DNA of 33,053 bases from Verrucomicrobiota bacterium (lineage in GTDB: Bacteria; Verrucomicrobiota; Verrucomicrobiia; Chthoniobacterales; UBA10450), in the NCBI GenBank assembly GCA_040003405.1, contig JBDUCP010000001.1, positions 1 through 33,053 of the forward strand. The letters run 5' to 3'. Each line of letters opens with the position of its first letter. Position 1 is the first letter of the stretch. Shown here piece by piece: positions 18,882 through 26,121 of this stretch. The notes under the pieces were generated by a model. That model ran no database searches. It had not been told where the DNA came from and saw only the letters and a program-made list of their open reading frames with translations. The translations under genes were made by a program, and so were the position numbers.

Positions 18882-20393
18882 GTGGTAAAAACTTTACTTT
18901 GCTCCCTTTTGGTTTGCCTGGTTACAGCCGCGTCTGTTTTCGGTTACGGCCCTGATGGTCACCACATCGTCGGCGCGATTGCGGACGAGCGCTTAGCCAA
19001 TACCCCCACCGGCCAGAAGGTCGCGCAGATTCTCGACGGCATGACATTGCGCGAGGCGGCGCAAGTTCCCGATACGATCAAGGGCTGGGATAAGAAGGGC
19101 GTCGAAGATCCGAAAAATGCCGGTTATTTTTCCAGCCGGCCGCGCATTGCCGGACAACTGCGCGCGTTCTGGAGCGCGAACCAGCCGATGCACGATCAGA
19201 CTTCGCCGATACCGTCGCATCACTGGTTTCATTACACCGATGTGCCGGTCGAGGCCGCCAAGTATTCGGCCGGAAAAGTGGGGCGCAGCCAATGGGACAT
19301 CGTGCACATGATCACGTACTGCGTCGGCGTTTTACGGGGAGAAATTCCGGAGGGAAATCCGCGGAAGATCACCAAAGCCGTCGCCATTATTCTGCTGGCG
19401 CATTATCTCGGCGATATTCACCAGCCCCTCCATGTCGGCGCGCAGTATTTCGATCAGAGCGGGCAAAAAATTAATCCCGATCTGGGCCAACCCTATGTCG
19501 AAGACCAAGGGGGGAATTCCATTTCGCTGCAAACCTCCGACGGTGGGAAGGGCAAGAAATTACATGGCTTCTGGGACAGTGACACAGTCGCCGCGCTTTT
19601 CCCCGGAGATCTGGGTGTGATGGAAAAGGATGAGCGCAAAGTGCAAATGGGTAGTGCCGAAAAAGAAGTCGTGCACAAATTTGCCACGCAGGAGCCGGCT
19701 GGCTGGCGCATGCCGGCGGCGATGGATGCGAAAAATTATGCCGAAGCCTGGGCTGATGAAATTTTGCCGATCGCGCGCGCCGCTCACGAACGTTTGCTCC
19801 TGCAATCCGTGACACCCACTACACAGAAGGATGGCGGCGTCCTCGCTGTCGGCACGGCGACGGAAAAGCCGATGCCCGACAATCTCTCCTATCGCGACTG
19901 GGCCGCCCGCGTCGTCGCGGCTGAGTTGCCGAAGGCGGGCTGGCGGCTCGCCGATCTGCTCCAGAAATGTCTGGTCTCAACCACCGTCTCGACCGCGCCG
20001 GCAGCCGCGCCATCGGCTGCCGCCAGCGTACCCGCAACGTCCCCATCCGAATTTTCCCAGCCACAGGAAGTGCCCGTCGCGCCGCCTCCCATCACACCAA
20101 TTCCGGCTCTCACGCCCCTTCCAACCGCCACGTCGATTTATGGAAACTTCCCGGCCAACTACAAAGAAATCATCACCTCGTGGCTAAAGACCAAGCTCAA
20201 TAATCCGGCGGACCCAAAAATCGAATGGCAAACGGAACCGAAGCCCGCCGATCTGCCGGGAGCGGGCGGACGTAAAATCTACGGCTATCTCGTCCTCTTC
20301 AGCACGAACGATCGGGGGCGACCCGGCAAACATACGCGTGCCGCCCTCATCCGCGACGGCCGCGTCGTCGTCGCGAACGGCTTTGATCGCTGA
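18882..20393 (+). CDS. secreted S1/P1-type nuclease with Pro/Ala-rich linker and C-terminal domain paralogous to the 6364..6756 product
   Basis: The GTG at 18882, 3 nt after the upstream stop, gives the signal peptide VVKTLLCSLLVCLVTAASVFG. This is followed by YGPDGHHIVG, HYLGDIHQPLHV and KLHGFWDSD, the S1/P1 zinc-ligand motifs. The upstream extension to 18648 overlaps the amidohydrolase and is rejected. Confidence 0.75.
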   Translation: MVKTLLCSLLVCLVTAASVFGYGPDGHHIVGAIADERLANTPTGQKVAQILDGMTLREAAQVPDTIKGWDKKGVEDPKNAGYFSSRPRIAGQLRAFWSANQPMHDQTSPIPSHHWFHYTDVPVEAAKYSAGKVGRSQWDIVHMITYCVGVLRGEIPEGNPRKITKAVAIILLAHYLGDIHQPLHVGAQYFDQSGQKINPDLGQPYVEDQGGNSISLQTSDGGKGKKLHGFWDSDTVAALFPGDLGVMEKDERKVQMGSAEKEVVHKFATQEPAGWRMPAAMDAKNYAEAWADEILPIARAAHERLLLQSVTPTTQKDGGVLAVGTATEKPMPDNLSYRDWAARVVAAELPKAGWRLADLLQKCLVSTTVSTAPAAAPSAAASVPATSPSEFSQPQEVPVAPPPITPIPALTPLPTATSIYGNFPANYKEIITSWLKTKLNNPADPKIEWQTEPKPADLPGAGGRKIYGYLVLFSTNDRGRPGKHTRAALIRDGRVVVANGFDR

Positions 20394-20411
20394 AGTCGTT
20401 AGGCACGTCGC

Positions 20412-20445
20412 AAAAAAAGGCGGAGACAATTACGTCTCCGCCTTT
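20412..20445. terminator. bidirectional rho-independent terminator between convergent genes
   Basis: The sequence is AAAAAAA-GGCGGAGAC-aattac-GTCTCCGCC-TTT, a perfect 9-bp GC-rich stem (20419-20427 / 20434-20442) flanked by an A-run and a T-run. Confidence 0.65.
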
Positions 20446-20465
20446 CCTGCCTGCGAGATTAAAAT

Positions 20466-20786
20466 CTAGCCCTGCTTCTTCTCGGCGTGCTCCATACTGC
20501 ACTTCGACTTGAAGGTGGCGAATTGCTCCTTCGTCATGATGCCTTCCGCGGATTTCATGAAATTCTCCATGCTTTCCTTGGTGCACCCGGCCTTCTTACA
20601 ATCGGCTTCCGCCGTCTCGAGTTTTGTTTTCTGCTCGGTGGTAAGATTGAGTTGCGCGTAAGTCTTCGAGCAATCCATCTTGGCGGTTTTCCCGTGCGCC
20701 GCGCAGCAGGCCTTGTCCCCCGCATAGGCGGATGTGACCGCGAACACTGCCGCGGCAATTAAAGCTAATCCTTTGAATTTTATCAT
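20466..20786 (-). CDS. small periplasmic Cys-rich protein with LTXXQ-like motifs (Spy/CpxP/ZraP-like)
   Basis: 106 aa with a signal peptide (LALIAAAVFAVTSAYA), six Cys in the mature part (including CC-AAHG), and two LTXXQ-type motifs (LNLTTEQKTKL, IMTKEQFATF). Confidence 0.45.
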   Translation of the reverse strand: MIKFKGLALIAAAVFAVTSAYAGDKACCAAHGKTAKMDCSKTYAQLNLTTEQKTKLETAEADCKKAGCTKESMENFMKSAEGIMTKEQFATFKSKCSMEHAEKKQG

Positions 20787-20856
20787 AGTGGAAGGTCAGA
20801 CAAAAAGATCCCTAGGTCGTTCGATTATTTTCTGGCGCCGACAAGCGAGGCGCGGT

Positions 20857-22668
20857 TCACTTCATCTCCTCGATCACTTGCTTGAGATAGTCCGGCATCT
20901 CGGGAAGGGGATCCAAACGGATCTGCATCGAGCCGTCCTCGGCCTTGGAAATCATCGTGTTCACTTTGGCGAAATGATCGTCCTTCTCCGGATAGTCGTC
21001 GCGGAATTGCGCGCCGCGGCTTTCCTTCCGTTCGAGCGCGGCGCGCGTGATCGCCTCGGACACGGTGAGCAGCGTTCTCAAATCCAGCGCGGTGTGCCAG
21101 CCGGGATTGAATTCGCGATGACCGACCACACCGGCGCGGTTCGCCCGTTCCCAAAACCCTTTCAACTTCTCCAACGCCGTCCGCATTTCCGATTCGGTTC
21201 GCACAATGCCGACGAGATCCTGCATCGCTTCCTGGAGATCGCGCTGGACCGAATAGGGATTCTCGCCGTTCGATCTCTCAAACGGCGCGACCGCTTCCTT
21301 CTCGACTCGGCCGATCTGTCCCTGATCGATCTGGCCTAACGAGTTCTCTTGCGCGAATTTCGCGGCGTATTCGCCGGCGCGTTTACCAAACACGACGATG
21401 TCCGAAAGCGAATTTCCCCCGAGGCGATTCGCGCCGTTGATCCCGGCCGCACATTCGCCGGCGGCGAACAAACCGGGGATGCGCGACATCTGGGTGTCGG
21501 GATGAACGTGAATGCCGCCCATCGCGTAATGCGTGGTCGGACCGACTTCCATCGGTTGCTCGGTGATGTCGATGTCGGCCAGTTGCTTGAATTGATGATA
21601 CATGCTCGGCAATTTCCTCTTGATGTGCTCGGCCGAATTCGACATTTTTTCTTTAATCCAGGCGATGTCGAGATAGACGCCGCCGTGCGGACTTCCCCTG
21701 CCCTCTTTGATCTCGCGCACAATGCAGCGCGCGACATGATCACGCGTCAATAGTTCCGGGGGGCGACGCGCGTTCTTGTCTCCCTGACAATAGCGCCAGC
21801 CTTCCTCCGGGCTATCGGCTGTTTGCTCTCGATAATTTTCCGGAATCTGCTCGAACATGAATCTCTTTCCGTCCTTGTTCGTGAGGATTCCGCCCTCACC
21901 GCGCACGCCTTCGGTCACCAAAATTCCGACAACACTCGGCGGCCAGATCATGCCGGTGGGATGAAACTGGACGAACTCCATGTCGATCAATTCCGCGCCC
22001 GCTTCGTAGGCGAGGGAAAGGCCGTCGCCGGTCGATTCCCAACTGTTGCTGGTGATCTTGTAAGCGCGCCCCAGCCCGCCGGTCGCGAGCACGATCGCTT
22101 TGGCGCGAAAGATCTTGAAACGGCCGCGTTCCCGCTCGTAGCCGAACGCGCCCACGACACGATCGCCTTCTTTCAGTAAACCGAGGACCGTGTGTTCCAT
22201 GTAAACTTCGATCCCTTGATGAATGCCGTGATCCTGCAAGGTGCGAATCATTTCCAGACCCGTGCGATCGCCGACATGCGCCAGACGCGGATACCGGTGT
22301 CCGCCAAAATTTCTTTGCAGAATCCGGCCGTCCTTGGTGCGATCGAATACCGCGCCCCAAGCTTCCAGTTCGCGCACGCGATCAGGGGCTTCCTTCGCGT
22401 GCAGTTCCGCCATGCGCCACTGATTTACATATTGGCCCCCGCGCATCGTGTCGGCGAAATGGACTTTCCAATTGTCACGATCATCGACGTTCCCCAGAGC
22501 GGCCGCAATGCCACCTTCGGCCATGACAGTGTGCGCTTTTCCGAGAAGCGATTTGCAAATGAGCCCGACCGAAACGCCAGCGGTCGACGCCTCGATCGCC
22601 GCACGCAAGCCCGCGCCACCCGCGCCGATGACAAGAACGTCGTGCTGAAAAGTTTGATATTCGGCCAT
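20857..22668 (-). CDS. sdhA: succinate dehydrogenase/fumarate reductase flavoprotein subunit
   Basis: 603 aa with the FAD dinucleotide fold VLVIGAGGAGLRAA, the covalent-FAD His context KAHTVMAEGG, plus RTGLEMIRTL and ESRGAQFRDDYPE. Confidence 0.9.
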   Translation of the reverse strand: MAEYQTFQHDVLVIGAGGAGLRAAIEASTAGVSVGLICKSLLGKAHTVMAEGGIAAALGNVDDRDNWKVHFADTMRGGQYVNQWRMAELHAKEAPDRVRELEAWGAVFDRTKDGRILQRNFGGHRYPRLAHVGDRTGLEMIRTLQDHGIHQGIEVYMEHTVLGLLKEGDRVVGAFGYERERGRFKIFRAKAIVLATGGLGRAYKITSNSWESTGDGLSLAYEAGAELIDMEFVQFHPTGMIWPPSVVGILVTEGVRGEGGILTNKDGKRFMFEQIPENYREQTADSPEEGWRYCQGDKNARRPPELLTRDHVARCIVREIKEGRGSPHGGVYLDIAWIKEKMSNSAEHIKRKLPSMYHQFKQLADIDITEQPMEVGPTTHYAMGGIHVHPDTQMSRIPGLFAAGECAAGINGANRLGGNSLSDIVVFGKRAGEYAAKFAQENSLGQIDQGQIGRVEKEAVAPFERSNGENPYSVQRDLQEAMQDLVGIVRTESEMRTALEKLKGFWERANRAGVVGHREFNPGWHTALDLRTLLTVSEAITRAALERKESRGAQFRDDYPEKDDHFAKVNTMISKAEDGSMQIRLDPLPEMPDYLKQVIEEMK

Positions 22669-22678
22669 GAGGCTGGTT

Positions 22679-23485
22679 TTAGAGGAGCCTCAGGTCATGC
22701 CAAATACCCATGGAGCAAAGGCGCACGTAAAGATCGCTGAACCCGACCCAGAACAGACTGAGCCACGCAAAGAGCATGTGCCGACGATTGAAACAGCTCA
22801 CGCAACGATAGGCTTGATAGCAGGTGGGTGATTTCGAAAGCTGATCGCGAAAGCCGCCAATCAAATGGCGCAAGGCATGACAGCCGAACGTGAACGCGCC
22901 TAACAAGTAAACGTTCAAGGCGAGCACGATCGTGCCCACGCCGATACCGAACGAAGTTTTTCCCGTGGCCGCATCTGTGAACCAGAGCGCTTTCCAAACG
23001 TCGGTCGCCAGCACGATGACGAACAGGATCGCGAGATAGAGAAAGTAGCGATGCACGTTTTGCATGATGAGCGGAAACGAACGTTCGCCGAGGTAGGTCT
23101 TTCGCGGTTCCCCCACGGTGCAGGCGGGCGGGTCGGCCCAGAACGCTTTGTAATAAGCGCCGCGATAATAATAACAGGTGAGTCGAAATCCGCCCGGCGC
23201 CCAAAGGATCAGCAGCGCCGGCGAAAACAAAAGCCAGCCCGGCCACCAGGCGGGTTTTGGTCCGAACAAACTATGCGGCGACGCGCCGAAAATCTCCGGC
23301 GAATAAAACGGCGAGAGATACGCGCCGAAGTAATAGTGACTTCCCTGGAACGCGGCCCAGGTGGAGTAAACGATGAAAGTCGAAAGCCCGAGAAAAACCA
23401 GGAGCGGCTGCACCCACCACGCGTCCGGGCGCATGGTTTGGCCGAACCCACGCGTCGGCATGGTGGTGGTTTGTGCTTGGGCCAT
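22679..23485 (-). CDS. succinate dehydrogenase membrane-anchor subunit, actinobacterial Sdh1 (Rv0249c)-like
   Basis: 268-aa polytopic membrane protein immediately upstream of sdhA, with an 11-nt gap. Size and position match the membrane anchor of the Rv0249c-Rv0248c-Rv0247c type operon. It has a C-terminal Cys/His cluster (GCHALRH ... CYQAYRCVSCFNRRH). Confidence 0.55.
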   Translation of the reverse strand: MAQAQTTTMPTRGFGQTMRPDAWWVQPLLVFLGLSTFIVYSTWAAFQGSHYYFGAYLSPFYSPEIFGASPHSLFGPKPAWWPGWLLFSPALLILWAPGGFRLTCYYYRGAYYKAFWADPPACTVGEPRKTYLGERSFPLIMQNVHRYFLYLAILFVIVLATDVWKALWFTDAATGKTSFGIGVGTIVLALNVYLLGAFTFGCHALRHLIGGFRDQLSKSPTCYQAYRCVSCFNRRHMLFAWLSLFWVGFSDLYVRLCSMGIWHDLRLL

Positions 23486-23594
23486 GGCGTGAAAAGAGTC
23501 GCCGGTTAAATAGCGACGCGCTCCTCCCTTTTCAAGAAAAGTTCTGCCGGTGAGCGCTCAACTGGAGCCGGCACGCCCTCGTGCCGGAGGTGAA

Positions 23595-23614
23595 ACGGCC
23601 TGAGGGCAGGCCGT
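23595..23614 (-). terminator. possible terminator hairpin after the ABM-like gene
   Basis: A 7-bp stem, ACGGCCT/AGGCCGT, sits about 10 nt past the minus-strand stop. The T-tract is weak (TTTCACC). A second 8-bp hairpin, CCGGCACG/CGTGCCGG, lies at 23568-23587. Confidence 0.3.
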
Positions 23615-23624
23615 CTCCAACAAT

Positions 23625-23945
23625 TCAGTCTACCGGCTCGAAGCCGGCAAACATCATCTCGGCTTCAGGAACCATCTTCAACGGCACGCAATCACAGACG
23701 GCGAAGAATTTATCCCACATCGCCAGGACACGAGGATTCTTGTGCGCCGCTTCAATGGCTTCACGCGATTTCCATTCCGAGACCTCGATGATGGTGCCGT
23801 CTTTTGCGCGCATGATCATGGGCGCGCGATCGGTCACGAGATCTTCCGCGAGCAAGGTCGGCACGCGACTGCGCACGAGTTCTAGAATTTCCTTCTCGCG
23901 GCCGGGCTTCGGCCGATACGCGACGATAACAACAACGCCATCCAT
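23625..23945 (-). CDS. ABM-like (dimeric alpha/beta-barrel, antibiotic biosynthesis monooxygenase fold) small protein
   Basis: 106 aa. VVVIVAYRPKPGREKEILELV... and EVSEWKSREAIEAAHKNP resemble the ABM/Dabb pattern. This assignment is tentative. Confidence 0.4.
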   Translation of the reverse strand: MDGVVVIVAYRPKPGREKEILELVRSRVPTLLAEDLVTDRAPMIMRAKDGTIIEVSEWKSREAIEAAHKNPRVLAMWDKFFAVCDCVPLKMVPEAEMMFAGFEPVD

Positions 23946-24039
23946 GGGATTTGGAGGGTATCAGTTTGGGCCTTGCGACTCGACAAAAAGTTTTGGGGCG
24001 TTGTAATCTCGCCGTCCCCACTAACGCGAAAGGCATTTC

Positions 24040-24651
24040 ATGGCCACCAAAGATCCGAGAATCGACGCTTACATCGCCAAGGCGCCAGCTTTCGCCAAAC
24101 CGATCCTGAAGCATTTGCGCAAGGTCGTGCACGCCGGTTGTCCGAACGTAGAGGAGACGATCAAATGGTCGATGCCTCACTTCGACCACAAAGGCATCCT
24201 CGCTGGAATGGCGGCGTTCAAACAACACTGCGCGTTTGGTTTTTGGAAGGGATCGCTCGTGATCGATGACGGCCGGGCCGCGGAAAAAACGGGCATGGGT
24301 AGCTTCGGTTGCATCAAGTCGATCGCCGATTTGCCTAACGAGAAGACGCTCGCCGGTTATGTAAAGAAAGCCGCGGCGTTAAATGAAGCCGGGATCAAAG
24401 GGCCCGGTCGCACCCAGCCCAAGAAGCGAGAGCCATTGGCGGTCCCGCCCGATTTCGCCGCCGCGTTGAAGAAAAATGCGAAGGCCCGGAAAACCTTCCA
24501 AGCTTTCGCCCCGAGCAAGCAGCGGGATTACCTGGAATGGGTCACCGAAGCGAAGCGAGAGGAGACGCGCGGCGAACGATTGGCGACTTCGATCGAATGG
24601 CTCGCGGAAGGCAAGGCGCGCCATTGGAAATACGCTCCCGCGAAGAAATAA
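24040..24651 (+). CDS. DUF1801 (YdhG-like) + YdeI/OmpD-associated domain protein
   Basis: 203 aa. N-terminus: IDAYIAKAPAFAKPILKHLRKVV...ETIKWSMPHF. C-terminus: DFAAALKKNAKARKTFQAFAPSKQRDYLEWVTEAKREETRGERL. Confidence 0.7.
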   Translation: MATKDPRIDAYIAKAPAFAKPILKHLRKVVHAGCPNVEETIKWSMPHFDHKGILAGMAAFKQHCAFGFWKGSLVIDDGRAAEKTGMGSFGCIKSIADLPNEKTLAGYVKKAAALNEAGIKGPGRTQPKKREPLAVPPDFAAALKKNAKARKTFQAFAPSKQRDYLEWVTEAKREETRGERLATSIEWLAEGKARHWKYAPAKK

Positions 24652-24697
24652 AAGACGAACGAATCCAATTTCACTCAGGCGCGCGATTCCCTCGGTT

Positions 24698-24910
24698 ATG
24701 GCCGATCGCGCAAAGCCGGAAAAATATTGGAACATGGTCGCGGCGGAGCTGACCGCTGAGGGATGGCGTTGCGATTTCGCCCGGGTCGATACGGGAACGG
24801 CTACGGTAATCGTCCTGGAAGGGCACCGAGACGGAATCCATCACATCGTCGTCGCGGACGAATTGGTCCCGGCTTTACTGGAATATGCGAACACGGTGAG
24901 ACCTGCTTAA
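24698..24910 (+). CDS. small hypothetical protein
   Basis: 70-aa ORF from the internal Met of the 24476..24910 ORF (MADRAKPEKYWNMVAAELTAEGWRCDF...). Composition looks protein-like, but I have no family assignment. Confidence 0.3.
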   Translation: MADRAKPEKYWNMVAAELTAEGWRCDFARVDTGTATVIVLEGHRDGIHHIVVADELVPALLEYANTVRPA

Positions 24911-25101
24911 GTCGCAGGAATGCCGGCGCGTTAAGTTCAGTCGACGGGATTCATTCACCTGCGCGCCGCCTTACTTCTCTTATCTCCTCCTGCAAGGCAT
25001 CCTCCAATCCCGCTGGAAACCGGGAAGCATAATGTTCGGCGCAACATGGTTACCGCGAAAAGAAGAATGCCTGAAACAAACAGGGCGTCCGGGCGGCGAA
25101 G

Positions 25102-25182
25102 TGCTCACGAGAGGAGTCGAACCTCCACGGGTTTCCCCATACGGTCCTGAGCCGTACGCGTCTGCCATTCCGCCACGTGAGC
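25102..25182 (-). tRNA. tRNA-Leu (anticodon CAG), type II with long variable arm
   Basis: Folded by hand on the minus strand: acceptor GCTCACG/CGTGAGC, D-arm GCGG-AATGGCAG-ACGC, anticodon stem TACGG/CCGTA with loop CT-CAG-GA, a 13-nt variable arm, T-arm GGAGG-TTCGACT-CCTCT and discriminator A. CCA is not encoded. Confidence 0.85.
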
Positions 25183-25236
25183 TGATCGGCGGTTGCTAAG
25201 GTGCGCGCCCGGCGTGCTGGCGCAAGCGCAATCCAA

Positions 25237-26115
25237 CTAGACGCGGCGCTTCTTGCGCGCGCGCTCTTCGAGCTGGTTCGCCTGCCGGGCTTTGCCTAAC
25301 GAGCGCAGGAGATCGGCGTAGTTCGAGGCGACAATTTCATAATCTTCCGGCGGCTTATCCGTCGCTTCTTCCCAGGTCTTGATCGAGGCGCGGTAAAGCT
25401 CCGAGGCCCGTGCGTAATCGCCATTGGAATGATAAACCACGGCCAGATTGCACTTCGACTGCGCGATGTCGGGATGGGTGGGCGGATGCGCCTTCTCGCG
25501 AATGGCCAGCGCGCGCAGATGCGTCCTTTCCGCCTCGGCGAAACGGCGCTCGTTCGTATAAAAGACAGCGAGGTTGTTCAGCACGGAAGCGACATCGGGG
25601 TGGTCCGGCCCGAGCTGCTTTTCGTAAATCTCAAGAGCGTGGAGGTAATACGGTTCCGCCGCTTTCTGCCGCCCGGTCTTGCGATAAATCAACGCGACGT
25701 TGTTCAACATCGTCCCGAGATCGGAATACGGAATGTCCTCCAGTTTGGAGCCGGCCTTGAAAGCAGTCTCGTAGTAGCCGATGGCCGCATCGGTTTCGCC
25801 GAGATTATCGCAGAGAAAACCGAGCCGCCGGGCCGAACGGAAGAGCGCGCGCTCATCCACGGGCTCGGCTTTTTCGATCAGGGCGTGCGCCTTGATCAGG
25901 TAAGGCTTGGCCGCGAGCCGGTCGCCGGCCTGGTCGTGGAGCTGCCCGAGTTTTTCCAGGCTTAACGCGTAACCGCTTTCGCCCGGTTTGAAAGCGCGCT
26001 CGGCCAGCTCGAGTGCAGTCTCCCCGATCCGGATCGCCTCAGGGAGGAGATTGCTGGCGCGCAACATGTCCAGCTTGTCGTTGAGGATGCCCCACAACTT
26101 TTGCTGGCCTTTCAT
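25237..26115 (-). CDS. tetratricopeptide-repeat protein (TPR_12 / kinesin-light-chain-like repeats)
   Basis: 292 aa with repeated units of the form LNNLAxxYxxxGRYxEAEPLYxRALxI (for example VLNNLAVFYTNERRFAEAERTHLRALAIREK). Confidence 0.8.
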   Translation of the reverse strand: MKGQQKLWGILNDKLDMLRASNLLPEAIRIGETALELAERAFKPGESGYALSLEKLGQLHDQAGDRLAAKPYLIKAHALIEKAEPVDERALFRSARRLGFLCDNLGETDAAIGYYETAFKAGSKLEDIPYSDLGTMLNNVALIYRKTGRQKAAEPYYLHALEIYEKQLGPDHPDVASVLNNLAVFYTNERRFAEAERTHLRALAIREKAHPPTHPDIAQSKCNLAVVYHSNGDYARASELYRASIKTWEEATDKPPEDYEIVASNYADLLRSLGKARQANQLEERARKKRRV

Positions 26116-26121
26116 TGCGCA

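Noticed and set aside
24911-25101. An integrated mobile element at the 3' side of tRNA-Leu.
   Set aside because: There is no integrase, no direct repeat of the tRNA 3' end that I could find, and the neighbouring genes are small ordinary metabolic or unknown genes.
24980-25168. A 62-aa minus-strand ORF overlapping the tRNA-Leu gene.
   Set aside because: It overlaps a well-folding tRNA. Its sequence (RGGSTPLVSTSPPGRP...) is the translation of tRNA plus spacer and is not credible as a CDS.
3416-25303. TTAGGC inside the over-represented word matches the nematode telomeric hexamer.
   Set aside because: All copies are single, not tandem, and are embedded in bacterial coding sequence, so the match is a coincidence. 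A Chi/KOPS-type polar signal was also considered, but the 9:6 orientation split in one 33-kb stretch argues against polarity; a whole-genome test is still needed.
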